Counted from the first letter of the stretch, positions 8,741 through 19,101 are shown. The stretch is DNA of 64,000 nt from Escherichia coli (GCF_965641715.1 NZ_OZ282455.1), one strand, 5' to 3'. The notes: a model not told the origin generated them from the sequence alone. Numbers and translations are program-made.

Positions 8741-9592
8741 GTGATGAATCAGACTTTACCCACTGCTGACCTGAATACTGCCGGCACGACAGATGTTATT
8801 CCGTCTGTGGCTATCGACCGCATCATCGCGCAGCGTAACGAAGGTATTGCACTGTTCATGCAGGCGATGGAATGCCTGGCGACAGCGCGCAAGATTCTGC
8901 TCGATGCGTCAGGTGATATTTTTCTTTACGGGTTTGAAGACTGCGTGACTGATTCCGTTCGTCGCATAGATAAACCGGAAGAAGCGAAAAGGAATATCAC
9001 CCGTCTTGCCGACCGGAAAATCTGGGATCGCCTGATGACAGATACGGGCATGTACACCTTCATGAGTTCATGCCAGCGTGATGAGTGGAACAGCCAGCTG
9101 ATGAGCGACACCTGTCCTGAAATCACCCTGGACAATGTACTGGCAACATTCCGCCATCTGAATGCCTGCAAGATGCAGACATTTGAACAGGGACTGATTG
9201 ATGTCTACCGGAAATTGTCATGGGATTACAGAACCAATAATCCCTGCCGTCTGGGTAAGAAAATCATTATTGAAAACCTGCTGTACCGCTGGAGTAACGG
9301 GCGTGTGACGCTGGACTGCAGCGGACGGGAGGCACTGGATGACCTGGTACGTCCGTTTTATCTGCTGGAGGGGCGCAACGTTCCTGACTTCAGGAACAGT
9401 ATCGGGGCGCAGTATGGTGAATTTCTCGGGAACGGCGACAATGTCGGTAAGCTGTTAGAAGGGGAATATTTTACGGTGCGTGGCTACCAGAAAGGGACCG
9501 TACACATTGTCTTTAAGCGTTCTGACCTTGTTGAAAAACTGAATGATATTATTGCACGGCATTATCCAGGTGCATTGCCGCCACGAGTCTGA
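8741..9592 (+). CDS. hypothetical protein (283 aa) downstream of Frpo-like repeat 2
   Basis: ORF with GAGGAG RBS; no family confidently recognised. Confidence 0.6.
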   Translation: MMNQTLPTADLNTAGTTDVIPSVAIDRIIAQRNEGIALFMQAMECLATARKILLDASGDIFLYGFEDCVTDSVRRIDKPEEAKRNITRLADRKIWDRLMTDTGMYTFMSSCQRDEWNSQLMSDTCPEITLDNVLATFRHLNACKMQTFEQGLIDVYRKLSWDYRTNNPCRLGKKIIIENLLYRWSNGRVTLDCSGREALDDLVRPFYLLEGRNVPDFRNSIGAQYGEFLGNGDNVGKLLEGEYFTVRGYQKGTVHIVFKRSDLVEKLNDIIARHYPGALPPRV

Positions 9593-9602
9593 TTAAACAG
9601 AA

Positions 9603-9636
9603 AAGCCCTGGTATTTATGCCGGGGCTTTTTTTTCT
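9603..9636 (+). terminator. rho-independent terminator after orf283
   Basis: GCCCTGG..CCGGGGC hairpin followed by TTTTTTTT. Confidence 0.7.
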
Positions 9637-9677
9637 GTAATCATCATAATCTCAGAACACGATGTGACATTGTCACA

Positions 9678-10019
9678 TCAATTGTTGTTCATATCGATGC
9701 CATCTTTCCTGCCTGAATCTGTCTTTTTAGGTGCTGTTTTAGAGGAAGAACGGCGGGATGGTTTTTTCGATTCTGCTTCCCGAATAATGTCACGAAGTGC
9801 CTTCTCTCCTACTTCATACCCTGCATTTTTGAGCGTGTCACGAACATCTGCCAGTGTATAACCCTTTGTCCTTACCAGGACAATAATGTCATCACGAATG
9901 GCATCAAGAAAATCACGCAATGTTTTCCGTTGAGCGGTGAGATCTGGCAATTCCGATAAAGCAGCTTTTGCCAGCTGGATGTCATCATCTGAGTAAAATT
10001 TTTTAGAAGCCATTGGCAC
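9678..10019 (-). CDS. hypothetical protein with basic Ser/Lys-rich C-terminal tail
   Basis: 113-aa ORF from the six-frame track, divergent from nikA across oriT; no family recognised. Confidence 0.45.
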   Translation of the reverse strand: MPMASKKFYSDDDIQLAKAALSELPDLTAQRKTLRDFLDAIRDDIIVLVRTKGYTLADVRDTLKNAGYEVGEKALRDIIREAESKKPSRRSSSKTAPKKTDSGRKDGIDMNNN

Positions 10020-10149
10020 TTTCTCTCCGTTTCATGTTGAAGTCTGATTTTATCATCAAAAACTGACTCCTGGCAGGGCTGCGCCCTGCCTCTGCCGTCT
10101 GCATAAGACTATGATGCACAAAAATAACAGGCTATAATGGCCTGAAAAA

Positions 10150-10246
10150 CGGGACAGGATGTGCAATTGTAATACCGTCACACGCGACGCTATTACAATT
10201 GCCATCTGGTCAGGGCTTCGCCCCGACACCCCGTAAGGAGCCTGAA
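10150..10246. other. oriT: origin of transfer (oriT) region
   Basis: Imperfect inverted repeat AATTGTAATACCGTCACACGCGACGCTATTACAATTG immediately upstream of nikA; position and sequence consistent with my recollection of R64 oriT; nick site not resolved. Confidence 0.6.
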
Positions 10247-10579
10247 GTGAGTGATAGTGCGGTAAGAAAGAAAAGTGAGGTACGGCAAAAGACAGTTGTC
10301 AGGACACTCAGATTCTCTCCTGTTGAGGATGAAACCATCAGGAAAAAAGCTGAAGATTCCGGACTTACTGTATCTGCTTACATCCGAAATGCAGCACTGA
10401 ATAAGCGAATTAACTCCCGTACAGATGATGCTTTTCTGAAGGAGTTAATGAGACTGGGAAGGATGCAGAAGCATCTGTTTGTTCAGGGAAAAAGAACCGG
10501 TGACAAGGAATACGCAGAAGTGCTTGTTGCCATAACCGAACTTACAAATACATTGCGTAAACAGTTAATGGAAGGTTGA
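10247..10579 (+). CDS. nikA: relaxosome accessory protein NikA (110 aa)
   Basis: GTG start after AAGGAG gives 110 aa (VSDSAVRKKSEVRQKTVVRTLRFSPVEDE...), the size I recall for R64 NikA; directly upstream of the relaxase. Confidence 0.8.
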   Translation: MSDSAVRKKSEVRQKTVVRTLRFSPVEDETIRKKAEDSGLTVSAYIRNAALNKRINSRTDDAFLKELMRLGRMQKHLFVQGKRTGDKEYAEVLVAITELTNTLRKQLMEG

Positions 10580-10589
10580 GGATTCTCCG

Positions 10590-13289
10590 GTGAATGCAGT
10601 CATTCCAAAAAAGAGAAGGGACGGCAAGTCTTCGTTCGAAGACCTGGTATCCTACGTCTCTGTCCGGGATGACATGACCGATGAGGAACTGGATTTATCT
10701 TCTTCTTCGCAGGCTGAACAACCGCACCGAAGCCGTTTCAGTCGCCTTGTTGATTATGCGACACGTCTTCGAAATGAGTCATTCGTGGCGCTGGTTGATG
10801 TCATGAAGGACGGCTGCGAATGGGTCAACTTTTATGGTGTCACCTGCTTTCATAACTGTACTTCTCTTGAAACTGCCGCTGCAGATATGGAGTACATTGC
10901 CCGGCAGGCACACTATGCAAAAGATGACACTGATCCTGTTTTTCACTACATTCTTTCCTGGCAGTCACATGAAAGCCCGCGTCCGGAACAGATTTATGAC
11001 AGTGTACGTCATACGCTGAAATCACTCGGCCTTGCCGACCATCAGTATGTCTCTGCCGTGCATACTGATACAGATAATCTGCACGTCCATGTGGCTGTTA
11101 ACCGGGTACACCCTGAAACGGGTTATCTGAACCGGTTATCCTGGAGTCAGGAAAAACTCAGTCGTGCCTGCCGTGAGCTTGAACTGAAGCATGGTTTTGC
11201 TCCGGATAACGGTTGCTGGGTCCATGCACCGGGAAATCGTATCGTTCGCAAAACCGCCGTTGAACGTGATCGCCAGAACGCGTGGACACGCGGGAAAAAA
11301 CAAACTTTTCGCGAGTATGTCGCGCAGACAGCGGTCGCTGGTTTACGCAGTGAACCTGTAAATGACTGGTTATCCCTGCATCGTCGTCTTGCGGAAGATG
11401 GTCTGTACCTGTCTCAGATGGACGGAAAATTTCTGGTGATGGATGGCTGGGATCGCAACAGGGAAGGTGTACAGCTTGACTCGTTTGGTCCCTCCTGGTG
11501 TGCAGAAAAACTCATGAAAAAAATGGGTGACTACACGCCAGTACCAAAAGACATTTTCAGCCAGGTGGAAGCACCAGGACGCTATAATCCGCACTTCATT
11601 GCCGCTGATGTTCGCCCGGAAAAAATCGCTGAAACAGAAAGTCTGCAGCAGTATGCCTGTCGTCATCTTGGAGAACGTCTGCCGGAAATGGCACGGGAAG
11701 GACGGCTGGAAAACTGCCAAGCTATTCACCGCACACTGGCTGAAGCGGGATTATGGATGCGTGTTCAGCATGGTCACCTGGTTATCTGTGACGGTTATGA
11801 TCATAACCAGACTCCCGTTCGTGCTGACAGCGTATGGTCGCTGCTGACGCTCGACAATGTGAATCAACTCGATGGTGGCTGGCAGCCTGTACCAACAGAT
11901 ATTTTCCGCCAGGTTACGCCAACAGAACGCTTCCGTGGTCGTCGTATGGAGAGCTGTCCTGCGACCGATAAAGAATGGCACCGTATGCGTACAGGCACGG
12001 GGCCGCAGGGGGCTATCAAACGCGAACTGTTTTCTGACAAAGAAAGTCTGTGGGGATACAGCATCAGCCATTGTAGCCCTCAGATTGAAGAAATGATCAC
12101 ACAGGGTGAGTTTACCTGGCAGCGTTGTCATGAGCTGTTTGCACAACAGGGACTGATGCTACAGAAACAACATCACGGGCTTGTTGTCGTTGATGCCTTT
12201 AATCATGAGCAAACGCCGGTGAAGGCCAGCAGCATTCATCCTGATCTGACACTGGGGCGTGCAGAGCCACAGGCCGGACCTTTTGTGAGTGCCCCAGCAG
12301 ATTTGTTTGACAGGGTGCAACCTGAAAGTCGCTATAACCCGGAGCTGGCTGTCAGTGACAGGTACGGGGTCAGCAGTAAACGTGACCCAATGCTGCGCCG
12401 GCAGCGACGTAAAGCCAGAGCTGAGGCCCGTGCTGACCTGCGTGCCCGCTATCTGGCATGGCGTGAACAATGGCGTAAACCAGATCTGCGTTATGGGGAA
12501 CGTTGTCGGGAAATTCATCAGGCATGCCGTCTGCGGAAGTCACACATTCGTGCGCAGTACGATGATCCGGCATTACGTAAGCTGCATTATCACATTGCAG
12601 AAGTTCAGCGAATGCAGGCATTGATCAGGCTGAAAGAAGACATCAGGGATGAGCGACAGAAACTTATTGCTGACGGGAAGTGGTATCCACCCTCTTACCG
12701 TCAGTGGGTCGAAACTCAGGCTGCTCAGGGAGACAGGGCTGCTGTATCGCAGCTGAGAGGCTGGGATTATCGCGATCGCCGTAAAGACAGGTCACGCACA
12801 ACGACGACAGACCGCTGTGTCGTGCTTTGTGAACCGGGCGGAACGCCGGTATACGGTAATACCGGTGATCTCGAGGCCCGTCTGCAGAAGAACGGGAGTG
12901 TTCGTTTCCGTGACCGTCGGACGGGAGAGTTTGTCTGTACGGATTATGGTGACAGGGTTGTTTTCCGTAATCACCATGACCGCAATGCGCTGGCAGATAA
13001 ACTGGATTTGATTGCACCGGTATTATTCGGGCGTGATCCTCGCATGGGTTTTGAACCAGAAGGAAACGACAAACAATTTAACCAGGTCTTTGCTGAAATG
13101 GTTGCCTGGCATAATGTGACAGGCCGTACCGGTCACGAAGACTACAGGATTACGCGACCGGACGTGGATCATCACCGTGAAGGAAGTGAACGCTACTACC
13201 GCGATTATATCGCGGCGAACAGCAACGATGACGCATCACTGCCTCCGCCGGAGCAGGATAAACGCTGGGAACCGCCTTCTCCAGGTTAA
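10590..13289 (+). CDS. nikB: relaxase NikB (MobA/MobL-type, 899 aa)
   Basis: 899-aa ORF with histidine-triad-like motif HTDTDNLHVHVAVNRV; length matches recalled R64 NikB. Confidence 0.85.
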   Translation: MNAVIPKKRRDGKSSFEDLVSYVSVRDDMTDEELDLSSSSQAEQPHRSRFSRLVDYATRLRNESFVALVDVMKDGCEWVNFYGVTCFHNCTSLETAAADMEYIARQAHYAKDDTDPVFHYILSWQSHESPRPEQIYDSVRHTLKSLGLADHQYVSAVHTDTDNLHVHVAVNRVHPETGYLNRLSWSQEKLSRACRELELKHGFAPDNGCWVHAPGNRIVRKTAVERDRQNAWTRGKKQTFREYVAQTAVAGLRSEPVNDWLSLHRRLAEDGLYLSQMDGKFLVMDGWDRNREGVQLDSFGPSWCAEKLMKKMGDYTPVPKDIFSQVEAPGRYNPHFIAADVRPEKIAETESLQQYACRHLGERLPEMAREGRLENCQAIHRTLAEAGLWMRVQHGHLVICDGYDHNQTPVRADSVWSLLTLDNVNQLDGGWQPVPTDIFRQVTPTERFRGRRMESCPATDKEWHRMRTGTGPQGAIKRELFSDKESLWGYSISHCSPQIEEMITQGEFTWQRCHELFAQQGLMLQKQHHGLVVVDAFNHEQTPVKASSIHPDLTLGRAEPQAGPFVSAPADLFDRVQPESRYNPELAVSDRYGVSSKRDPMLRRQRRKARAEARADLRARYLAWREQWRKPDLRYGERCREIHQACRLRKSHIRAQYDDPALRKLHYHIAEVQRMQALIRLKEDIRDERQKLIADGKWYPPSYRQWVETQAAQGDRAAVSQLRGWDYRDRRKDRSRTTTTDRCVVLCEPGGTPVYGNTGDLEARLQKNGSVRFRDRRTGEFVCTDYGDRVVFRNHHDRNALADKLDLIAPVLFGRDPRMGFEPEGNDKQFNQVFAEMVAWHNVTGRTGHEDYRITRPDVDHHREGSERYYRDYIAANSNDDASLPPPEQDKRWEPPSPG

Positions 13290-13320
13290 AAAAAAGGCCG
13301 CGCCAGAATCCGGCGCGGCC
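13288..13320 (-). terminator. terminator hairpin between convergent nikB and trbC
   Basis: GGCCGCGCC-AGAATC-CGGCGCGGCC hairpin flanked by an A8 run (a T-run on the minus strand). Confidence 0.6.
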
Positions 13321-13325
13321 ACTGT

Positions 13326-15617
13326 TCAGTACATTCCGTCCCAGTCCGGACGGTTGGTTTTTTTATGATGAAACCCGTTTACAGGACGCCCTGTCGGGTG
13401 GTTATTGTCCTGTGGAAGCGTTAACAGGTTTATACCTGCTCTTTCTGCTCTCACTGATATCTGATTTTCCTCTTTTGTTTCAGGTAGTTCTGGTCTGTTC
13501 AGCGTGATATAGCGAATTCGTCGCTCTTCCCGTGTGGTCGTTTTAAGCGTATTCACCGCTGTTTCCCACAAGGCACTTTCACGTGCGTTGATATCTGTGT
13601 CGTACTCTTCCAGCATTGCCATAGCCGCCTGACGTCCTGCAATGCGTTGCTGGAATGTATCCACGATCGTGTGCGGCTCTGTGCGAATTTTTCGTCTTTT
13701 TCTGGAGGGTTTTGCAGTCAGGACGCCAATGATGGCACTGACATTTTCCGGTGACGGTATTCGACGTTGAGTAGTACGGGGAACAAGACGGCGGAGACGG
13801 TCCAGGCGTGGCGCATCCACGCTGATATACCTGTTTATAACAACGGGATCGCTGCTGCAGCTTTTCTCATCGTCAGGGATGAAGAATGATGCTGATGGTA
13901 CGGTTTCTCCCCGGAAAATAGAAAAGAACTCGCCAGGATGAAGTTCAATCAACTCCTGAACATTTATCTTGCTTTCCATCAGGATGCTGATTTGTGGGCT
14001 GTCAATCCATGATTCACCAAATATGCCGTCCTGACGCTGCAGGTTGTTCATTCTCGCCCTGGCTTCTTCACCGGCGGCGCTTTTCAGCGTTCTGGCCGTA
14101 CTACCCTCGCTGACAATCCTGCCGGCAAATTTTGTCCCCGTGTTCTGCATCAGTGTTGCAGTATTCGTGGCTGTTGTCTGTCCTTCTATACGTTCCTGGT
14201 CCTGTGCCATCAAAATCAGAGCAAAATCCAGTGAACGCACCTGAGTGGCTTCCACAGCAATACGGTCCGTATAGTATGCCCCCACTTCATCAAGGAAACA
14301 CAGATAAGGGAAACGCCCCTTATATTTTTTGACTTCCAGTGCATCGGAATCAGTTCCTTCGAGGCGGTAGCCCAAATCACGGGCGAGAATCATACTTTTC
14401 TGGGTGATAAACATTCGTCCAAGAGCAGACGTTGTATGCGCTGATGTATCCAGAGCGGGGATCATTACCATCAGAATCCTGTCGCTGTGAATGCTGTCAC
14501 GGATATCGATATCACCGGAATCTTCAGCAAAAATATCCCCGAATGCTTCCGTGAATGTGCTGAAAGTTTCAGAAAACTGCCCGGAGAGATAAGCATGTTG
14601 TTTTCTGGGTTCTTCCGTCCAGGCTGATGGTGTCCTGACCAGCGACAGGTCGAAACCGGGAACGTCCTGAAGGTAGTTACGTAACGGTGCGATAGCTTCT
14701 TCCGGCCACTGATCATCGAGGCCACGACAGTAAAGTTTGGCCATCCCTTCGAGAGTCATATGTTCACGGAGCATCTGCAGCGACATTGTTTTGCCTTCGC
14801 GCACACACCAGAATTTAGTACCAAATACCAGTGCCTTATTCATGGCAATGGCCCGGGACTGCCACTCGCCCCCCTGGACGTTCTGGGGCAGCATTGACTG
14901 CATTGTCTCCGCTGTGAATGCCTCAGTGCTGTAACAGAAGGGATTCCAGGTATTTGACTGAGGACGCGTTTTTTCACCACTCAGAATGATTTCACTGCGG
15001 GATTTTCCTCCGTTCATGAAGTTAATGACTTCCACATCGTCTTCACGTCCAAAGCGTCTGGCCAGATACCAGATCGTTCTTGCCGTATCATTCTGTGCCT
15101 TGCCATCGACAAGGGTGAATCCTCTTGCCCAGCAAAGTGGGTTAATCGCCCAGGCAAAGATGGTTTCCGTTTTACCGCCACCGGTGGTGGCGAAAAACAT
15201 TATATGGCGGGTCAGATCGTCCATACTCAGCCATAACTCCCTGCCAATATCCCTGACGCGTTGATAACCAACATAGAATATGCCGCTGGCCGGTGATTCC
15301 AGAATGACCTCATACTGGAACAGGGTTGGCCAGAAGCTGAAAAGACTTCTTTTAATCATTCTGTCCTGTGACGGGTCAGCACATTCCAGCGTCATGGGCA
15401 TACGAAGAGGGCAGCGCCATCGCTGCAGACTAAATACCAGCATTGTTATCAGTGTGAACAACAGACATGCCGGTAATGCAAGTGGCCAGATAAAACTGGC
15501 CACAAGACTTGCCACCAGGCAAAAGCCATAGATATTGAGACTCTGGAGTGCATTCCAGACAGGATTTCCCCAGGCTGTACGGTGTAAAAGCTCGGGGTTA
15601 ACGCGATGTTCACTCAT
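13326..15617 (-). CDS. trbC: conjugal transfer protein TrbC (P-loop NTPase)
   Basis: 763-aa ORF with Walker A FATTGGGKTE and N-terminal TM segments; gene order trbA-trbB-trbC-nikB as in R64. Confidence 0.75.
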   Translation of the reverse strand: MSEHRVNPELLHRTAWGNPVWNALQSLNIYGFCLVASLVASFIWPLALPACLLFTLITMLVFSLQRWRCPLRMPMTLECADPSQDRMIKRSLFSFWPTLFQYEVILESPASGIFYVGYQRVRDIGRELWLSMDDLTRHIMFFATTGGGKTETIFAWAINPLCWARGFTLVDGKAQNDTARTIWYLARRFGREDDVEVINFMNGGKSRSEIILSGEKTRPQSNTWNPFCYSTEAFTAETMQSMLPQNVQGGEWQSRAIAMNKALVFGTKFWCVREGKTMSLQMLREHMTLEGMAKLYCRGLDDQWPEEAIAPLRNYLQDVPGFDLSLVRTPSAWTEEPRKQHAYLSGQFSETFSTFTEAFGDIFAEDSGDIDIRDSIHSDRILMVMIPALDTSAHTTSALGRMFITQKSMILARDLGYRLEGTDSDALEVKKYKGRFPYLCFLDEVGAYYTDRIAVEATQVRSLDFALILMAQDQERIEGQTTATNTATLMQNTGTKFAGRIVSEGSTARTLKSAAGEEARARMNNLQRQDGIFGESWIDSPQISILMESKINVQELIELHPGEFFSIFRGETVPSASFFIPDDEKSCSSDPVVINRYISVDAPRLDRLRRLVPRTTQRRIPSPENVSAIIGVLTAKPSRKRRKIRTEPHTIVDTFQQRIAGRQAAMAMLEEYDTDINARESALWETAVNTLKTTTREERRIRYITLNRPELPETKEENQISVRAERAGINLLTLPQDNNHPTGRPVNGFHHKKTNRPDWDGMY

Positions 15618-16680
15618 GGCCAGACTCGCTGTCGGTGGTTTTCAGGAATAAATTAAGCGTGCCAGTTTCCTGCAGAATTCCTGTAGGCAGATGCCAGCCG
15701 GTGTCGGACAGCACCCATGGGGTACCGGCAAATCCGAACTTACGGAAGGCGACATTGTTAACATCAATCGCAGCTCTGGCTGCTTTCAGGCATGTTTCAT
15801 CTGCAGGCGTTGTTTCTTCTGATGGCGTCATCATTCCGTTATCTGCGGAATACAGTCGGTGCCAGCCGGCAGCACGTTTCTGAGCATCTTTTTCACACAG
15901 CAGTGGTGCCACACGGTCGGTGGATTCCTCTCCACCAATAACTGAAACCGGGTAGATAACGACATTGAAGTCGCTGGCCAGGCGTTTTAAGGCCGGCTCC
16001 AGAAGTCTGCAGTTAGGACAGGCAGGATCGAGAAATGCGAACAGGGTTCGTTCATGACCGGATGACAGGTTGATGGTAAACATGCCCCGATCGGCGTTCC
16101 GCTTCAGAACAGTAGCCAGATTATGTCGCGCAGCTGCGGCTTCCGGATTTTTGCTTGTGATTGTTTTCTCCGGGACCTGGACGTCTTTTTTCGGGGGAAC
16201 CGGGAGTTGAATGCCTTCATTTAATGGCACAGTGTGATTCAGGTGAGGGGGTAGCAGTCGTGGCTCACCTGCTGTCTGTACTGCTTCAGGCGTTGTATCA
16301 TCCCAGAATACACGATCAACATAGCGGAACAGAGAGAAGCCAATCGTTGCCATTACGAACAGCACAACGCTGGCGATTATGCCACGGAACAAAGGTGTTC
16401 TGCTGAAGCGGCGTTCCATCAGATATTCAAGGCGCAGGCAGGAATCAATAGCTGTAAGTATCTGGTCAGCGTTATGCTCCTGTTTATCAATCAGGACGGT
16501 TTCTCTGTTACGGGTGCCCATGGCGTCAAAGGCTATATGAATCAGTTGATTATTTCGTGTTACCAGCCCTGACAGGGCATCCCGTGGAAGGACGGCAATA
16601 ATTTCTGTCCTGCCATCCGGCCAGATTGCCTGCACGGAAATATGTTTTGCAATGCGTGTTGCAAAGTACTCGATTGTCAT
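15610..16680 (-). CDS. trbB: TrbB, thioredoxin-fold disulfide isomerase-like
   Basis: 356-aa ORF with CPNC active-site-like motif (FLDPACPNCRLLEPAL). Confidence 0.7.
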   Translation of the reverse strand: MTIEYFATRIAKHISVQAIWPDGRTEIIAVLPRDALSGLVTRNNQLIHIAFDAMGTRNRETVLIDKQEHNADQILTAIDSCLRLEYLMERRFSRTPLFRGIIASVVLFVMATIGFSLFRYVDRVFWDDTTPEAVQTAGEPRLLPPHLNHTVPLNEGIQLPVPPKKDVQVPEKTITSKNPEAAAARHNLATVLKRNADRGMFTINLSSGHERTLFAFLDPACPNCRLLEPALKRLASDFNVVIYPVSVIGGEESTDRVAPLLCEKDAQKRAAGWHRLYSADNGMMTPSEETTPADETCLKAARAAIDVNNVAFRKFGFAGTPWVLSDTGWHLPTGILQETGTLNLFLKTTDSESGHE

Positions 16681-16698
16681 TTTCAGTTCTCCGGATAA

Positions 16699-17907
16699 TC
16701 AGAATTCGTTGTCTGTAGCAGGTGTGCGGGGCAGGATGTCGTCGGTGAGGGACCAGTTGGTCAGGATGCGGCGTTTCCGGTCGCGATCTGGTTGTGGTTC
16801 ATCCCAGATAAGACCGAGACTGAGCATATCCCGCCGTAAGCCTTCCACCGCTTCATCAACACAGGGTTCAGGGCAGGGAAGACCAAAACGCATGGCTTCG
16901 GCCTCTGCACGTGCAACGGCCACCACGCCAGCGCCTTCAATAAATCCTTTCGTGGTATTGGCGCGGTGTAATGCATAAAACAGCGTCCTGTCCACGCCTT
17001 TCAGCCAAATCCAGTTGGGTGGCGTAAGCCGCAGGTCATGTGCATACAGCCAGACCAGCCCACTGCGGACGTAGCGATGTTGTTTCAGCCATTGCTGTGC
17101 TCCGTTGCTTTTAATCACTCTCTGGAAAGCTGATTTGGCCAGTGAATAAACAGGGGTACAGAATTTCCCACTGTCCCGTTTGCTTTTAATTCTGCATGAG
17201 AGGTTCAGTGTATCCATGAGCTTTAATGCTGCCTTACGATCATCCAGGAAATACTGAAGACCAAATATGGCAAAGAGCGCTTTTTCATGTGGTGCCATGT
17301 CTTTCCAGGACGTTAAAGGTTTACCCAACTGGGCCATGAAACATCGTCTTGCAGCTGCAACATCGAGCTGCATATTGGTGATGAGAGTATGCTGCTCGAC
17401 AAATGCTTCCGGGGTGAGAGCAACCCGCCGTTCAGGTCGTTTGCCACCATGAAAGAGTTTTTCCGGATCACCATCTGCCAGTACAGGGGCGATAGCAGGG
17501 GACAACGAAGCAAAGATGTGTGGCAGTCGGGTAATATCTACTGGTCTGCGGGTGAAACGGCTTTGTCCCGGATGTTGATACCATTCCCACAAACACCAGA
17601 GTGTCACAGGTAAGAGGTACATCCACAGAATACCTATGGTCTGCTCCATGACGTTAACCCACTGGCTATAGCTTATGTTGGCGGCGTTGTTACCGGTCAT
17701 GGCAAGCAGGTTGTATCGTGGTGCTGCATAGTTATGAAATGGCCCCCAGTCGACCAGTCCCCATAAGGTATGAAGAATCAGGCAGCTGGCGTAAACCACT
17801 TCCGGCAAGAATAACCATATGACGAATAGCAGCAGGATAAGAAGGACACCAACAGCGCCCCATATCTGCATAGGATCTTCTGCGACAGGCTGTCGATTGT
17901 AAGACAT
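16699..17907 (-). CDS. trbA: TrbA membrane protein
   Basis: 402-aa ORF with hydrophobic N-terminus at the R64 trbA position. Confidence 0.65.
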   Translation of the reverse strand: MSYNRQPVAEDPMQIWGAVGVLLILLLFVIWLFLPEVVYASCLILHTLWGLVDWGPFHNYAAPRYNLLAMTGNNAANISYSQWVNVMEQTIGILWMYLLPVTLWCLWEWYQHPGQSRFTRRPVDITRLPHIFASLSPAIAPVLADGDPEKLFHGGKRPERRVALTPEAFVEQHTLITNMQLDVAAARRCFMAQLGKPLTSWKDMAPHEKALFAIFGLQYFLDDRKAALKLMDTLNLSCRIKSKRDSGKFCTPVYSLAKSAFQRVIKSNGAQQWLKQHRYVRSGLVWLYAHDLRLTPPNWIWLKGVDRTLFYALHRANTTKGFIEGAGVVAVARAEAEAMRFGLPCPEPCVDEAVEGLRRDMLSLGLIWDEPQPDRDRKRRILTNWSLTDDILPRTPATDNEF

Positions 17908-18140
17908 GACAAAGTCTCCATTTCTGGAATTTAAATCAAACGGAAAGGTTAAAAATTTATTTGCAGGCGATAAGAGCTAACCAGAGGAATTAGCCGTGCG
18001 ATAAAAGGATTGTTGCAGATACGAAAGTCGTTAGAATAGCTGCGGGCGCTTGAGGCTGTATGCCGAAAGCGTTTTGTGGACGGTATACAGCAGAAAGCCC
18101 CTGGAGATTTTTTTATCAATCAACCAAGGGCTCTACTGTA

Positions 18141-18344
18141 ATGCCTAGACAACATTATAGTAGCCCGATAACCGCCGTAAGGCAATGGAGGGGCTATGAT
18201 GCCACAGCGAACGTTTTTAATGATGTTAATCGTCATCTGTGTGACGATTCTGTGTTTTGTCTGGATGGTGAGGGATTCGCTTTGCGTACTCCGGCTCCAG
18301 CAGGGAAACACAGTGCTTGTGGCAACGTTAGCCTACGAAGTTAA
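18141..18344 (+). CDS. pndC: PndC (mok-type overlapping reading frame)
   Basis: Reading frame overlapping pndA and ending inside it, as in hok/mok and pndA/pndC. Confidence 0.45.
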   Translation: MPRQHYSSPITAVRQWRGYDATANVFNDVNRHLCDDSVFCLDGEGFALRTPAPAGKHSACGNVSLRS

Positions 18345-18351
18345 ACGTTAA
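18199..18351 (+). CDS. pndA: Hok-family toxin PndA (50 aa)
   Basis: MPQRTFLMMLIVICVTILCFVWMVRDSLCVLRLQQGNTVLVATLAYEVKR: single TM helix plus conserved DSLC motif of Hok/PndA. Confidence 0.8.
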   Translation: MPQRTFLMMLIVICVTILCFVWMVRDSLCVLRLQQGNTVLVATLAYEVKR

Positions 18352-18360
18352 CGGGCAACA

Positions 18361-18390
18361 CGGCGGCAGGTTTTCTGCCGCCGCTTTGTT
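18361..18390 (+). terminator. terminator hairpin after pndA
   Basis: CGGCGGCAG-GTTTT-CTGCCGCCG hairpin followed by a T-rich stretch. Confidence 0.5.
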
Positions 18391-18422
18391 GCGAAGGCTG
18401 ACCTCATTGCGCCCTTTCTTCT

Positions 18423-18674
18423 TCAATGAAGCGTATCCGGTATTGTTTCATTTCCCCTGAAGCCGATTAGCTCCAGCCGAATGCCTTTGCCATCGGGGGC
18501 CACGTTCTGCATTTCGCAGATACCACGTCGGGTCATGAGTGTGAAGGCTGTCATTGCCAGCATGGCTAACGCGTTTTCCTCGCTTCCGCTGCGTTTCTCG
18601 AGAGCATCGGCAATTTCTTCTATGCTCCCCACCTGAAAGCAAGAGTCGAATTCTTTACTCCACTTTTCTGACAT
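18423..18674 (-). CDS. hypothetical protein (83 aa)
   Basis: ORF only; no family recognised. Confidence 0.35.
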   Translation of the reverse strand: MSEKWSKEFDSCFQVGSIEEIADALEKRSGSEENALAMLAMTAFTLMTRRGICEMQNVAPDGKGIRLELIGFRGNETIPDTLH

Positions 18675-18828
18675 CGGATTTTCTCTCTGTATTTATGGGT
18701 AGTTATCGAACTGAATGTGCCAGTTTTTTCAGGAGACGGCAAAGTTGAGATGATTGGTTCTGATTCAGAGCATGAGTTTCCTCGGTGTGACGGGCATGTC
18801 GGGCGGATTTTGAGAAACAACAGATGTA

Positions 18829-18860
18829 AAAAAACCGACTGGTGAGGTCGGTTTTTTTAC
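18829..18860. terminator. bidirectional rho-independent terminator
   Basis: A7-ACCGACTGGTGAGGTCGGT-T7: hairpin flanked by A-run and T-run. Confidence 0.7.
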
Positions 18861-18890
18861 TGTTCCGTTACAGAGTGGGTGGCCCTGACC

Positions 18891-18914
18891 GGAGGAAATC
18901 TCTTTTCAACTAAC
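18891..18914 (+). repeat. direct repeat copy 1 (GGAGGAAATCTCTTTTCAACTAAC)
   Basis: 24-bp element repeated at 19078-19101 with one mismatch. Confidence 0.7.
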
Positions 18915-19077
18915 GTTCTTATAATAGCGAGCTGTTCATTTGATAGCAACCATCCTTATAATCCGCAGGTTAGCTCTGTCTGGCGACACTTCTGCCGTGA
19001 TATCCATCGGGACTATGGATGCAAGATTTTAAGTCCTGGCTGAACAAACAGGTGGTGCTGTGTTCAGTGCTCTGGCA

Positions 19078-19101
19078 GGAGGAAGTCTCTTTTCAACTAA
19101 C
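19078..19101 (+). repeat. direct repeat copy 2 (GGAGGAAGTCTCTTTTCAACTAAC), in the 5' leader of the small toxin-like ORF
   Basis: As above; lies about 60 bp upstream of the 35-aa ORF; GATTTCCTCC at about 19148-19157 is complementary to the repeat's GGAGGAAATC. Confidence 0.7.

Noticed and set aside
18080-18150. Sok-like antisense RNA (pndB) gene
   Set aside because: Expected by analogy with hok/sok, but I could not place promoter or ends from sequence alone.
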